Assembly (NCBI GenBank): GCA_035221665.1
Contig: CM069136.1
Span: 56,544,001-56,608,000 of the forward strand
Length of the DNA: 64,000 nt
Direction: 5' to 3'
Source: Okamejei kenojei
Lineage: Eukaryota
The position numbers were made by a program, and so were the translations under genes. Of the stretch, positions 1 through 11,537 are shown one piece after another. Every line of letters starts with the position of its first letter. The stretch's first letter is position 1. The notes under the pieces are model-generated. The model had not been told where the DNA came from. It made no database searches and saw nothing but the letters and a program-made list of their open reading frames with translations.

Positions 1-1112
1 CCGAGGACCGTGAAATTTTCCTGTTCATAGGGATGTTGTTCGCAAGATGCCCGAGGTGCATGGGAGAGAGTGTCAGCGACATGCATGTCCTTACCCTTAG
101 TGTAGGTAATAGAGAAATCGTACCGCTGCAGCTGCATCATCATATGCTGCAAACGTGCTGGCGCGGCGTGGATGGGCTTGTTCAGGATTGTCACCAGTGG
201 TTGGTGGTCCGTCTCGACCGTGAAGGTGTTGCTAAAGATGAAGTCGTGGAATTTGGAACAAGCAAAACGACGGCCAACAGTTCCTTTTCGATTTGCATGT
301 AGTGCTGCTCCGTGTCGGTCATGGTGCGAGAGGCTTACGAGACGGGTAGTAGACTGCCCTCGGCAGGTGGTTGCAAGCAGGCTGCGCCAAGCCCGAATTT
401 CGAAGCATCACAGGTGATCGTCACCGGACGTTTCAGGTCGAAAAACATTAGAGTCGGTGAACTGGTCAGTTTGAACTTTTAAGATATTGAAAGCAATCTG
501 ATGTTGCTGGAACCATGACCATGCTGTGTCCTTTTTTGTCAGCTCCCGCAGTGTGGAGCTTAGTTCGCTGAGGTTCGGTATGAACTTGCCGAGATAGTTT
601 ACCATGCCCAGAAAACGCTGCAGGCTGTTCATGTCTGTGGGGGCAGGCATTTCTGTGATGGCAGTAGCCTTCTTCGGATCGGGTTTGAGACCCTTAGGAG
701 TGACGATGTGGCCGACGTAGGAAACCTCTGGAACCCAGAACTTGCACTTGTCAGGATTAAGCTTGAGGTTGATCTTGCGTGCGCGATCCAAGATGAGCCT
801 GAGATTGGTCGAGCTCTGTTGCATCTTTGCCATACACTTGGATATCATCGACAATGATGGCACAAGGTAGGTCCTCGACTAATAGCTTCATAGTTCTTTG
901 GAAGACTACACTGGCAGAGTTGATTCCGAATGGCATTCTCAGAAACCTGTATCTGCCGAATGGGGTGGCAAATGTGGTGAGGTTTGATGACTCCTTGTCC
1001 AGCGGTATCTGCCAGAAAGAGTTCTTTGCATCGAGGACAGAAAATAAGGTTGCCATTCCGACCTTTGCTGCAACATCCTTGACAGTCTTAATAGGATGGT
1101 GTGGGCGCTTAA

Positions 1113-1735
1113 TAGAAACATAGAAACATAGAAATTAGGTGCAGGAGTAGGCCATTCAGCCCTTCGAGCCTGCACCGCCATTCAATATGATCATGGCTGA
1201 TCATCCAACTCAGTATCCCGTACCTGCCTTCTCTCCATACCCTCTGATCCCCTTAGCCACAAGGGCCACATCCAACTCACTCTTAAATATAGCCAATGAA
1301 CTGGCCTCAACTACCCTCTGTGGCAGAGAGTTCCAGAGACTCACCACTCTCTGTGTGAAAAAAGTCTTTCTCATCTCGGTCTTAAAGGATTTCCCCCTTA
1401 TCCTTAAGCTGTGACCCCTTGTCCTGGACTTCCCCAACATCGGGAACAGTCTTCCTGCATCTAGCCTGTCCAACCCCTTAAGAATTTTGTAAGTTTCTAT
1501 AAGATCCCCTCTCAATCTCCTAAATTCCAGAGAGTATAAACCGAGTCTATCCAGTCTTTCTTCATAAGACAGTCCTGACATCCCAGGAATCAGTCTGGTG
1601 AACCTTCTCTGCACTCCCTCTATGGCAATAATGTCCTTCCTCAGATTTGGAGACCAAAACTGCACGCAACTCCAGGTGTGGTCTCACCAAGACCCTGTAC
1701 AACTGAAGTAGAACCTCCCTGCTCCTGTACTCAAA
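1113..1735 (-). mobile_element. CR1 LINE 3' fragment, subfamily A, copy 1 (inserted in Gypsy pol)
   Basis: ORF2 C-terminus YEERLDRLGLYSLEFRRLRGDLIETYK...RGHSLRI; (TTTCTATG)n 8-mer tail; 5'-truncated. Confidence 0.93.
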
Positions 1736-2250
1736 GTATTTGATTGGCAGTATTCAGTTCTTTTGAGTTGATGCACAAACGGATTTCATTTTTTCCCTTC
1801 TTGACTGTGGCAATCATGGTTGAGACCCAGTCGGTGGGGTCGCTGACTGCTTCAATTATGCCTGTGGAGGCCATGTCCTTCAGCGCAGAGTGAACCCTGT
1901 CAGTCATGGCAAATGACAATCGGTGTGGAGGTCGGATGACGGGTGTCACTTCGGAGTCAATAATAATCTTGTAAGTCACGGGCAACTTGCCCAGGTTGTT
2001 GTCAAAAAGATCAGGGAATTCACTCAGCGGGTCCAGGGAAATTTGCAACTTGTGGACCGTTTTGTCAAAGGAGATCAGCCCCAGTTCCTGACAGGCCCGG
2101 TTACCAAGCAGAGTAACTGAATTAAAGTTCAAGGCATAGAAGGTCAAATTCCTCGTGGTTTTTTACAGCACACATTTCAAGTTGGTTTTTCCCAAAGGCC
2201 GCAGAACCGCCCCTCCCCTTCAGCGTCTCCAATTGGAGGCGTTGGTTCGG

Positions 2251-2268
2251 ATCCCACTTCTGACGCCA
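2251..2268 (-). promoter_or_regulatory. Primer-binding site complementary to tRNA-Leu 3' end
   Basis: Minus strand TGGCGTCAGAAGTGGGAT, one mismatch to the common vertebrate Gypsy PBS TGGTGTCAGAAGTGGGAT, abutting the LTR's CA. Confidence 0.8.
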
Positions 2269-2415
2269 TGTAAATGACTTCCAGACTCAGTACATGATTC
2301 AAACACATCTTCAATCAGCACTGAAACTTAACAGCATGAAGGATGATTAGTTGTCAACACATCCTGGCTGCTCTAACTGTCAGTGCTGGGAAATAATATT
2401 AATATAAATATTACA
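2269..2415 (-). repeat. 5' LTR of the Gypsy element (~147 bp)
   Basis: On the minus strand it begins TGTAAT and ends TTTACA (TG...CA with TGTAA/TTACA inverted termini), directly followed by the PBS. Confidence 0.75.
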
Positions 2416-3174
2416 GTGGGGTGGAGTTAGAGATGCTGGCTGGTGTGTGATTGGTTAACATGCAACATCAATCTACAAATATTGTTCCAACTTTCCAAAC
2501 CAGCAAACAATTCTTTATAGAACTGTTGCATTGATTATTTGTATTTCTGGCAAAGCTCTCTTTAAGAGCTCAACTCAACAATAGGCTGTATCAATAAGGT
2601 TATTCAATGAGCAACTATTCTTAACCTGGTTCAGTCCTTGCAGCTGTTTTTTGTAAGAGCCTGGAGTGGACAAATAAGTTTCAGAAAATAATGATATATT
2701 GCGGCAATACTTTAGTGTTTACTTCCAAAAACACAAATGTTTTCCATCTGTCTTTAATTACACTTAAATAATCTTGGTTGTGATTTCAAAGAAGTCATTT
2801 AGGTACCAAAATGTGTGAAACAAAGGGTGAATTTTAAACTTCATTGTTTGGGGCTGGAATCTATCTGAACATATTACTCACCCTGATAAATACGGAGTTG
2901 GTTCAGTTCTGCAATGTGTTGGAACTCACTTCTGTAAACTGCAGTTGATGCTAGGTCAGTTGTTAATTGTTACTTTTTAAAAAATATTATTAAGAAATAT
3001 TGAGTAGCTGTGGAGTTAGGTCTAAAAGATCTAAGTGGTCTATTCCTCACAAGTTCTTAGTTGATTAGCAAGAGATTAAAGTTCCACATTTAGTGTAAGA
3101 TGTCAAATCATCCACATTTCTCTCCTGCTATTGTACATTCAAGGCCTCTGCAGTTTGATTTTTGAATAATTGTT

Positions 3175-3378
3175 TGAGGACTTTGTGTTATCAACGTTCC
3201 GACGTCGGAGTGCCAACATCCTGGCGAGCGGGCCTGAGCTGCGGGCTGCCCGTAGCGGCGACTGTGTGGGGATGTTTTATGTTGAACTCTATAGTCTGTT
3301 GTGTTCTTTATTTTATTGTATGGCTGTATGGTGATCACATTTCACTGTGCCAGCTAGCACGTGTGACAAATAAATGTA
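3175..3378 (+). mobile_element. 3' end of a non-autonomous retroelement (same tail type as 44455-45160)
   Basis: GTATGGCTGTATGGT...TGTGACAAATAAATGTA tail resembles the reverse complement of 44455-44580; the tail continues TCTTGTAT after CR1 copy 2. Confidence 0.5.
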
Positions 3379-3380
3379 GT

Positions 3381-4015
3381 AACATAGAAACATAGAAATT
3401 AGGTGCAGGAGTAGGCCATTCAGCCCTTCGAGCCTGCACCGCCATTCAATATGATCATGGCTGATCATCCAACTCAGTATCCCGTACCTGCCTTCTCTCC
3501 ATACCCTCTGATCCCCTTAGCCACAAGGGCCACATCCAACTCACTCTTAAATATAGCCAATGAACTGGCCTCAACTACCCTCTGTGGCAGAGAGTTCCAG
3601 AGACTCACCACTCTCTGTGTGAAGAAAGTCTTTCTCATCTCGGTCTTAAAGGATTTCCCCCTTATCCTTAAGCTGTGACCCCTTGTCCTGGACTTCCCCA
3701 ACATCGGGAACAATCTTCCTGCATCTAGCCTGTCCAACCCCTTAAGAATTTTGTAAGTTTCTATAAGATCCCCTCTTAATCTCCTAAATTCCAGAGAGTA
3801 TAAACCAAGTCTATCCAGTCTTTCTTCATAAGACAGTCCTGACATCCAGGAATCAGTCTGGTGAACCTTCTCTGCACTCCCTCTATGGCAATAATGTCCT
3901 TCCTCAGATTTGGAGACCAAAACTGCACGCAATACTCCAGGTGTGGTCTCACCAAGACCCTGTACAACTGAAGTAGAACCTCCTGCTCCTGTACTCAAAT
4001 CCTTTTGCTATGAAA
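3381..4015 (-). mobile_element. CR1 LINE 3' fragment, subfamily A, copy 2
   Basis: Nearly identical to copy 1; same 8-mer tail; AAATGTA at 3372-3378 and 4013-4019 is a possible TSD. Confidence 0.93.
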
Positions 4016-4609
4016 TGTATCTTGTATATTACTCTGTTAAATGTACTGATACTCCCCGACTTGTGTAATAAGCGAGTTGTGTAAAATCACACTTAGGTAA
4101 CCAATTCACAACAGGTTGTCCCGTTTCCTGAATGACCTGTTATTGCAACAGGAAGATGGCGAGGACTTCCCGTCCACTTCATAGATGTAACAATATTACC
4201 CGGGCTCGCTGCTCTTCCATTTTCGGCCACTGTTGGTGTGACACTGGGAAGGAGAGTGAGAACGAGAGAGACAGTAGGGAGCAACTCCCGACCCAGTTGC
4301 TGGCATCTTCCACAAGGTGCACCAGTGAGCCCTTCTTCGCCTGTTGATGCACCATCCGGTTGATGTGGCTGTTGTCACGGCTCGTGTAGTAGCCACTGGG
4401 ACACCACTTTCATCAGGCCGCCACCACCAACAGTTTGTGCTCAGTCACCTTGGGGCTCTCTCCCCTCTCTTCATGTTAGCTGTTGCTATGTCTGCCTCCC
4501 CCTCCACTGCCACCGCCTCCTCTTCCCTTCGATTTGTCCACTCTGCCGTTCCACTCTCAAGCGGTCCACCCTTCACCGCTACCTCCTAACCCCAGAGGTG
4601 GTGGACAAA

Positions 4610-4885
4610 GCGACTGATGTCTGTTAAAGGACTGTTATTCACCTCGGCCATTCCCTCTTCTTTCCTCTCCCATCGGGCAGAGAAAACAAAATCTTGAATG
4701 CATGTACCACCAGATTCATGAACAGCTTCTTCCTGCTGTTAATAGATTACTGAATGGTCTTCCCATAATTTATCGGGGAAGCTTGATCTTCCAACCCATC
4801 TTCATTGTGTTCTTGGGTATGGCTTGATTGTATCCGCTTTTAGTGTGATTTCATTTAATTGGATAGCATGCAAACAAAAGTGCAT
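4610..4885 (+). mobile_element. Degraded Rex1/Babar-like LINE 3' fragment
   Basis: CACCTCGGCCATTCCCTCTTC...CCCATCGGGCAGAG...ACCAGATTCATGAACAGCTTCTTC (HPGH..F..LPSGRR..TTRF.NSFF-like), similar to 47390-47810. Confidence 0.55.
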
Positions 4886-5525
4886 CACCGTATCTGACCT
4901 GCCTCACCCACTGAATTCTTCCAGCACTTCGTTTTGCTTAAGATTTTAGCATCTGCAATTTCTTGTGTTTCTGAATTAAACGCAAAGCGGCTGAAATGAA
5001 TCAAGTATAAGATCAGCCAATACAAATATCCTGTTTCTGTGCTATCGATTCTAATACAAAAACTATTAACACTATGACAGGAAAAATAATTGGTATCTGT
5101 TCTTAAAAATATGCTATAATTTCTGTTGTAATCTTTGTTGTGGTGCACAATCTCACATTATTCTACCAATGTTTATTTTCAATAGTAATGCATGTACTTG
5201 TATATTACTTTCAGAAATATGTCCTCACATTTTACATTGAAATAGCTTAATCTGTAAAACTTTGTTGTGTTTTGGATTAAATGCAGAAAAGCAATTTCTG
5301 CCAGTAGGTACAGCTGGTATTTGAGGTGGTTTTCCATTGGTTGTACCTTCCATATCTTTCATATTTCAGTAGATTTGAGGATTAAAAAAAAACAGTTATC
5401 AATACTTTACAAAATGTCAACGACTCAGTTATACCAAAAGAAAATTTGGCAAATTTGTTTTTGGAAACAAAAAACATTGTTGGAAATACGTAATTGATTA
5501 AAAGAAAACATCTATTGATGCTCCT

Positions 5526-5860
5526 GAACACATCATCAGTGATGTAATCTGGGTCATTGGGTGTTTCGGATCTTTCAACATCAGACATCCTCACCCAGGA
5601 AACCCAGCCATGATTGACCAGGCCACGACGTGATCAGGTGGCATTTGCTCCTCCCCATGGACCTCCTCTCCTGATTCAGAGTCATCTCGAGGCCTTCTCC
5701 GCTGCCTCTGTGGTGTTCTTGATGGCTCTTCTCCTCTCCATTCCGTTGATGCCCAGCGCATTCAAGGTTTTGTAGAGTGATTGCCCTGCAAAACCTCTCC
5801 AGCCAACCTCGATGGGCATACATCTTGCCTTCCAGCCCTGCTTACGGCAGTCTATGTCCA
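5526..5860 (-). mobile_element. HERO-like (restriction-like endonuclease) non-LTR retrotransposon 3' end with 3'UTR
   Basis: Manual minus-strand translation: ARCMPIEVGWRGFAGQSLYKTLNALGINGMERRRAIKNTTEAAEKASR*L*IRRGGPW, matching the PIEVGCRGF...AE.ASRWLW C-terminus of HERO-clade elements. Confidence 0.7.
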
Positions 5861-6052
5861 GCTCTTACGTAACAGTACGTAACAGCTTTAACAGCAACTA
5901 TGGAGAGAACAATGTCTTGATGTTTCAAATCAATGACCTTGATTTATTTTACTCGTAATTGAGCCTGTGCTCAGAGGGCTCTTGCTCTGTATTGTTTAAT
6001 CGGAAGATATAACTTTATCATTTTGGCTGGATTTTAAAGATCCTATGGCATT

Positions 6053-6891
6053 ATAGAAACATAGAAACATAGAAATTAGGTGCAGGAGTAGGCCATTCAG
6101 CCCTTCGAGCCTGCACCGCCATTCAATATGATCATGGCTGATCATCCAACTCAGTATCCCGTACCTGCCTTCTCTCCATACCCTCTGATCCCCTTAGCCA
6201 CAAGGGCCACATCCAACTCACTCTTAAATATAGCCAATGAACTGGCCTCAACTACCCTCTGTGGCAGAGAGTTCCAGAGACTCACCACTCTCTGTGTGAA
6301 GAAAGTCTTTCTCATCTCGGTCTTAAAGGATTTCCCCTTATCCTTAAGCTGTGACCCCTTGTCCTGGACTTCCCCAACATCGGGAACAATCTTCCTGCAT
6401 CTAGCCTGTCCAACCCCTTAAGAATTTTGTAAGTTTCTATAAGATCCCCTCTTAATCTCCTAAATTCCAGAGAGTATAAACCGAGTCTATCCAGTCTTTC
6501 TTCATAAGACAGTCCTGACATCCCAGGAATCAGTCTGGTGAACCTTCTCTGCACTCCCTCTATGGCAATAATGTCCTTCCTCAGATTTGGAGACCAAAAC
6601 TGCACGCAATACTCCAGTGTGTGGTCTCACCAAGACCCTGTACAACTGAAGTAGAACCTCCCTGCTCCTGTACTCAAATCCTTTTGCTATGAAAGCTAAC
6701 ATACCATTCGCTTTTTTCACTGCCTGCTGCACCTGCATGCCTACTTTCAATGACTGGTGTACCATGACACCCAGGTCTCGCTGCATCTCCCCTTTTCCTA
6801 ATCGGCCACCATTTAAATAATAGTCTGCTTTCCTGTTTTTGCCACCAAAGTGGATAACCTCACATTTATCCACATTATACTGCATCTGCCA
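6053..6891 (-). mobile_element. CR1 LINE 3' fragment, subfamily A, copy 3
   Basis: Nearly identical to copies 1 and 2; extends further 5' (MQYNVDKCEVIHFG); CATTAT on both flanks. Confidence 0.93.
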
Positions 6892-7757
6892 AACATTATT
6901 TCAAAGAAAGGCTGGGTGTTTTTTCTGATAACCTGTCCAATGTTTTATTCCCCAATTAATATTAACTATTCTGGCTTAACTCTGAAGCCCAATTATTTTG
7001 TGAGGTCCTGCTCATCATCAACTTGGTCCAGGAGGCTTCTGTAGCTCTGAATTGGGAATTTGTGAAGCAATGAGTTTATCCACATGGATGTGGAGCTGCT
7101 CGACCATATTTGGGTCAATGTCCTCTCTAAAAAACAAATGGAGGGAAATGTATGTCCTCCTTAACCCAAGTCCCTGTTGTATATGGTGAAACATTGCTTA
7201 CTCAGCAGAGATGGTTGACTATTTCATGTCACATTCTAATAATCATAGTACATTTACATTATTATTCTTATCTCATGCCTTCTGTTTTTCAGCAGGTAAC
7301 TGTCCTATCACGCTTACCTTCAATTACATTCACCTTAGCTTTGCTGATAATCGAAACTGGTGGATTCATTCGGAGAATTTCAACTCCACTAGACAACATT
7401 CATTGATACTATTTGTCAACCATGCTGATTTGTTTAAAAAGGTTCAAACTGCATCAGTCAGGAATAATTGTAAAAGTTAGGATTACTCAATCCTTAAACA
7501 ACACAGTGACTGTTTAATTCAGGTCACATTTGGATTCAAGTCATACTTGAGTCACACTCTTGATAATAGACTATGGTATCCATTCCACAACTGATGTCTA
7601 TAGTTTAAAGGCTTTTCATTCACACATGTCGTAAATAATACAGTGAGGTTTATACAGTTGAATGGTAGAATTCTCTGGATCGGTTTATCCTCTCAGCAAT
7701 CAGTCCTGACGGGCTTTAGCTAAATGGATTGCAGAGATGAACACTATACCAGCAAAA

Positions 7758-8078
7758 GGACGGCACAGTGGTGTAGCGGTAGAGTTCATGCCTCACAAAA
7801 GCAGAGACCCAGCTTTGACTCTGACTATGGTTGCTGTCTGTACAGAGTTTGTACGTTCTCCCTGTGACCACGTGGGTTTTCCCCGGGTGCTCCGGTTTCC
7901 TCACACATTCCAAAGACGTGCATGTTAGTAGGTTAATGAACTTCTGTAACTTGCCCCTCGTGTGTAGGATGGGATCGCATAGAACTAGTGTATGGTTGAT
8001 TGATGGTTAGCACGGACTTGGTGGGCTAAAAGGTCATGTTCCCACATGGTATCTCTAAATCTATATAAATAAAATAAA
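7758..8078 (+). mobile_element. tRNA-derived V-SINE (HE1-like)
   Basis: tRNA-like head GGCACAGTGGTGTAGCGGTAGAG, core GAGTTTGTACGTTCTCCCTGTGACCACGTGGGTTT, CR1-type tail. Confidence 0.8.
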
Positions 8079-8199
8079 AAAGTAGTTTTCAATTAATCCA
8101 GACCCATTCTTAAAACAATGGAAATTTTTCAGATGTTTCAGATTCTCAAGCAGTTATGTGCCACGGCAGAAATTGATGTTCAGCAAGTTTGATTACTGT

Positions 8200-8403
8200 G
8201 TAAGAAGGAACTGCAGATGCTGGATTAAACCGAAGATAGACACAAAAAGCTGGAGTAACTCAGCGGGACAGGCAGCATCTCTGGAGAGGAATGGGTGACG
8301 TTTTGGGTCTGAAGAAGGGCCTCGACCTATAATGTCACCCATTCCTTCTCCCCAGAGATGCTGCCTGTCCCGTTGATTTTCTCCAGCTTTTTGTATCTAT
8401 CTT
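8200..8403. mobile_element. Fold-back Penelope-pLTR-derived element with hammerhead remnant
   Basis: Inverted arms AAGATAGACACAAAAAGCTGGAG.../...CTCCAGCTTTTTGTATCTATCTT, central CTGAAGAAGGG; 15-bp TSD AAGTTTGATTACTGT at 8185-8199 and 8404-8418. Confidence 0.75.
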
Positions 8404-9574
8404 AAGTTTGATTACTGTTGGGTTCCTGGCACTATTTACATTCACAGTTGTCAAGCTAGGTTTTTGATTAAATAATTTTATCCACGTTTCAAACACCTCA
8501 GAGTCCTCATTCAAATCTATTGTCTATTCTGCAGTTTAGAATGGACAAAGCATCTATTTTAGGGATGTCAGTTGAAAAGAGAGCTCATCTGGAAGGCAGA
8601 TGGGTGAATGAGATCAGTTTACTTGTAACTTCCAAGCAAGCATTGCTTTAATGTGACCAACATTTGTACTGACTTTACCGGATGTGTATAAAATATCTTT
8701 GAAGTTCTTTTTTTTGGTTCCCGTTTGTCCATATGTTCAAAAATTTAAATTGATGCACTGCTTTGCTTGATTGGAAGCTGACAGTGTTATTTGTAATTTT
8801 AAACATATTGAAGTATTTTTTAACCAAGTATTTAAGTATGTTTTTTTATTTATTTAAGTAATTGAGTAATTTCAGTAAAATTTGCATTGAATACTTTGCA
8901 AAACATCTATAAGTGTTTCTTTTTGGTAAGGGAGGTTTGAAAAAAGTTGGATGTAGTTAACCTGAATTTTCAATATTTCAAGTATAACTTCATTAAGAGA
9001 GTAATGAAGTATAACTTCATTAAGAGAGTAATTTTGTTCAAAAATACCAATAAATAGCTACACTCCTCCTAAGCTCCTGAAAGGATGATGGTATATTCTT
9101 CACTTTCTGACCTTTTTCCATCTTTTATTTTTGTGAAAAGGGATAGCAAAGGCCAAAATATCATCAACCTTTCAGTTATCACATCTACTTGTAATCTCAT
9201 TGATGTTGTGCAATCTCATATTACCTTGGAAGGTCAAACATTCCTCTGTTCAAATTCAGATTTGTTACTTGATATTAGGCAAATGAGAATATATGACAAG
9301 GGTGACCATGATCTTGGTCTTCCTGTGTTAGATCCCTGCGCTTATTCTCCAGCCTTTGGTTTTCCAGGTATGATCCTGTATTCACTTCTCTCTGGGTGCT
9401 CTTTGCTACACAACTAAATCGAAAAAAATAAGTTCATTGCTAAAATATAATAGCAGAAAATGCATAAGTATCATACAGAAGAAGAGCAATTAATTAATAA
9501 GTAATAGCATTTGAACGGTACGGATAGGATTATGTGCACACTTTTCTGCTGTCAAGGCCCAGTATCATTGGTAC

Positions 9575-9772
9575 ACAAGAGACTGCAGATGCTGGAATCT
9601 TGAGCAAAACACAAAGTGTGAGAGGGATTCAGCAGGTCAGGTATCATCTGGGGAGGGTATGGACAGATGATGTTTCAGGTCAGGAATCTTCTTCAGACTC
9701 GTGACACGAAACACGTCTGACCATTCCCTCCCCAGATGCTGCCTGACTGGCTGGGTTCCTCCAGCATTTTAA
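9575..9772. mobile_element. Fold-back pLTR-derived element
   Basis: GACTGCAGATGCTGG head, inverted arms; minus-strand CTGAAGA-AGATTCCTGACCT-GAAAC at 9672-9696. Confidence 0.65.
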
Positions 9773-10184
9773 TGTTTTTCCTCATTGTCATAAATGTTCG
9801 ATTACATTAGAATGACATTAGAAAATGTAATTCAATGTCCATTTTCAGTTTTTAAGATTATTTATTTTTACAATTTTAATCGTACTTTGGGTTTAACTGT
9901 TATGACTTTTTACTTGGGCAACAGTAGTGGCTATTATTCATTGGTCCCTCTAGAAGTAGTCTAGAGGTATTCAAGATTAACCATCTTCACCATTTATTTT
10001 TCCTCTATGGTCTGAGCGAGTTTATCTTCACCTATCAGCACCAGTTCCTCAGCTCAGCATTCCTGCCTATTGTCATATGTTTAATTAGACACTTTTTATA
10101 TACTGTAATCTTCTATTACTTGGAACTTATTATAATTTGCTATGTTCATCTCTTCTAGATCTTCTTTCTAGACTTCCAATTATG

Positions 10185-10425
10185 TTTAGTTTATTGTCAC
10201 ATGTACCGAACTACAGTAAAAAGTTTTTGTTGCATGCTGATCGGTCAGCGGAACGACAATACATAATTACAATCGAGCCATTCACAGTGTATAGATACCT
10301 GATGAGGGAATAACGTTTAGTGTAAGATAAAGCCAGTAAAGCCCGATCAAACATAGTCCAAGGGTCGCCAATGAGGTAGATAGTAGTTCAGGACCACTCT
10401 CAGTTGTGGTAGGATGATTCAGTTG
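10185..10425 (-). mobile_element. Rex1/Babar-type 3' tail fragment
   Basis: TTTAGTTTATTGTCACATGTACCGA...ACAGT tail shared with the other Rex1-like fragments. Confidence 0.45.
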
Positions 10426-10704
10426 CAACCTATACATACTCTTGTATGTAGCTATTACTTCTGACCATTGCGTTTCATTATATTATCTTAATTTGATTCA
10501 TATTCCCCATAGAATTATTTCATCTCATCAATATATTACAAGCAATTTGCTCACTAAACTCTGCAGACATTGAAAACATTGCAAAAAATACTGACTCGCT
10601 GTTCCCACATTTCATATAAGAATACAATTTAGAAATATTTTTTTAATTATTTGCTTTTGTTTTTCATCCATGCCTGACATTTCACAATATAAAAACAGCA
10701 CATT

Positions 10705-10812
10705 AACGTCACCTTGTCCTTTGCTCCACAAATGCTGCCTCACCCGCTGAGTTTCTCCAGCATTTTTTGTCTACCTTCGATTCTTCCAGCATCTGCAGTT
10801 CTTTCTTAAACA
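10705..10812 (+). repeat. pLTR-derived repeat, single arm
   Basis: AACGTCACC...ATGCTGCCTCACCCGCTGAGTTTCTCCAGC...CAGCATCTGCAGTT. Confidence 0.6.
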
Positions 10813-11282
10813 TAAAATCTAATATACTCTTTTTATCCAAGTAAACTGCAATGTATTACAAGTATAACAGTAACAGTGAATTGAATATATTTTAAATAGG
10901 TTAATCCTATTGATTTTATTTTTATATTAATTTCTTTTTAAATCACACTAATTTGATTGCTAAATCTCTAAATTATAGTATGTTTTTTTGCATGATCAAT
11001 TTGGATTCCTTATAATTGAATAATTTAATTTTCTTAATGTAATTTAACCTATCATGCTTTGCACACAGTGCACACTTGGGGTTTTTTAAGATATATATCT
11101 TCTTGAAGATAGTTCCAATCAACAATTTCAAAGTGAGTCATATTGCAATAAATAGCATCTGAGGCACCTCTCCCTTAAAATAATTACAACATTGTTAGGT
11201 ACTTAAGCAGATTATACTTAAGCAGAATCTTCCACCCTATTTTGTACCATGAGCAACTTGGCTGTTCCAATGTTGTCAAAAC

Positions 11283-11537
11283 ATGAGCCTTCCTGGCCCT
11301 TGCAGTGTACAGTTCATCAATGGAGGGAAGGTTGCAGCCAATAATCTTCTCTGCTGGTCGGACGATTCGCTGCAGCTTCCGGGCGTCATGCTTGGTGGCT
11401 GAGCCAAACCAAACCATGATGGAGAAGGTGAGAACAGACTCTACGATGGCCGTGTAGAATTGGACCATCATTGCCTGTGGCAGATTGTGCTTCATCAGCT
11501 GCCGCAGGAAGTACATTCTCTGATGTGCCTTTTTGAC
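11283..11537 (-). mobile_element. Rex1/Babar-like LINE ORF2 fragment
   Basis: QRMYFLRQLMKHNLPQAMMVQFYTAIVESVLTFSIMVWFGS, typical post-RT region. Confidence 0.75.

Larger units (their letters stand above)
1..2415 (-). mobile_element. Ty3/Gypsy LTR retrotransposon remnant (5' LTR, PBS, RT, start of RNase H; gag/protease deleted; continues past window start)
   Basis: Minus-strand ORF pieces: IRLCINSKELN, LDAKNSFWQIPL, TPFGRYRFLRMPFG, IIVDDI, LQRFLGMVNYLGKFIP, and RNase H-like TCDASK...EKELLA near 270-420. Frameshifted and split by a CR1 at ~1113-1735. Confidence 0.92.

Noticed and set aside
1187-1414. Repeated ORF MIMADHPTQYPV... (also at 3451 and 6128) as a multicopy small gene
   Set aside because: It is the antisense frame of the CR1 3' end.
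7758-7830. tRNA gene
   Set aside because: tRNA-like heads here and elsewhere are degenerate and continue into SINE bodies.
8980-9032. 26-bp direct duplication AAGTATAACTTCATTAAGAGAGTAAT with a loxP-like ATAACTTC
   Set aside because: Simple slippage duplication with no inverted 13-bp arms.
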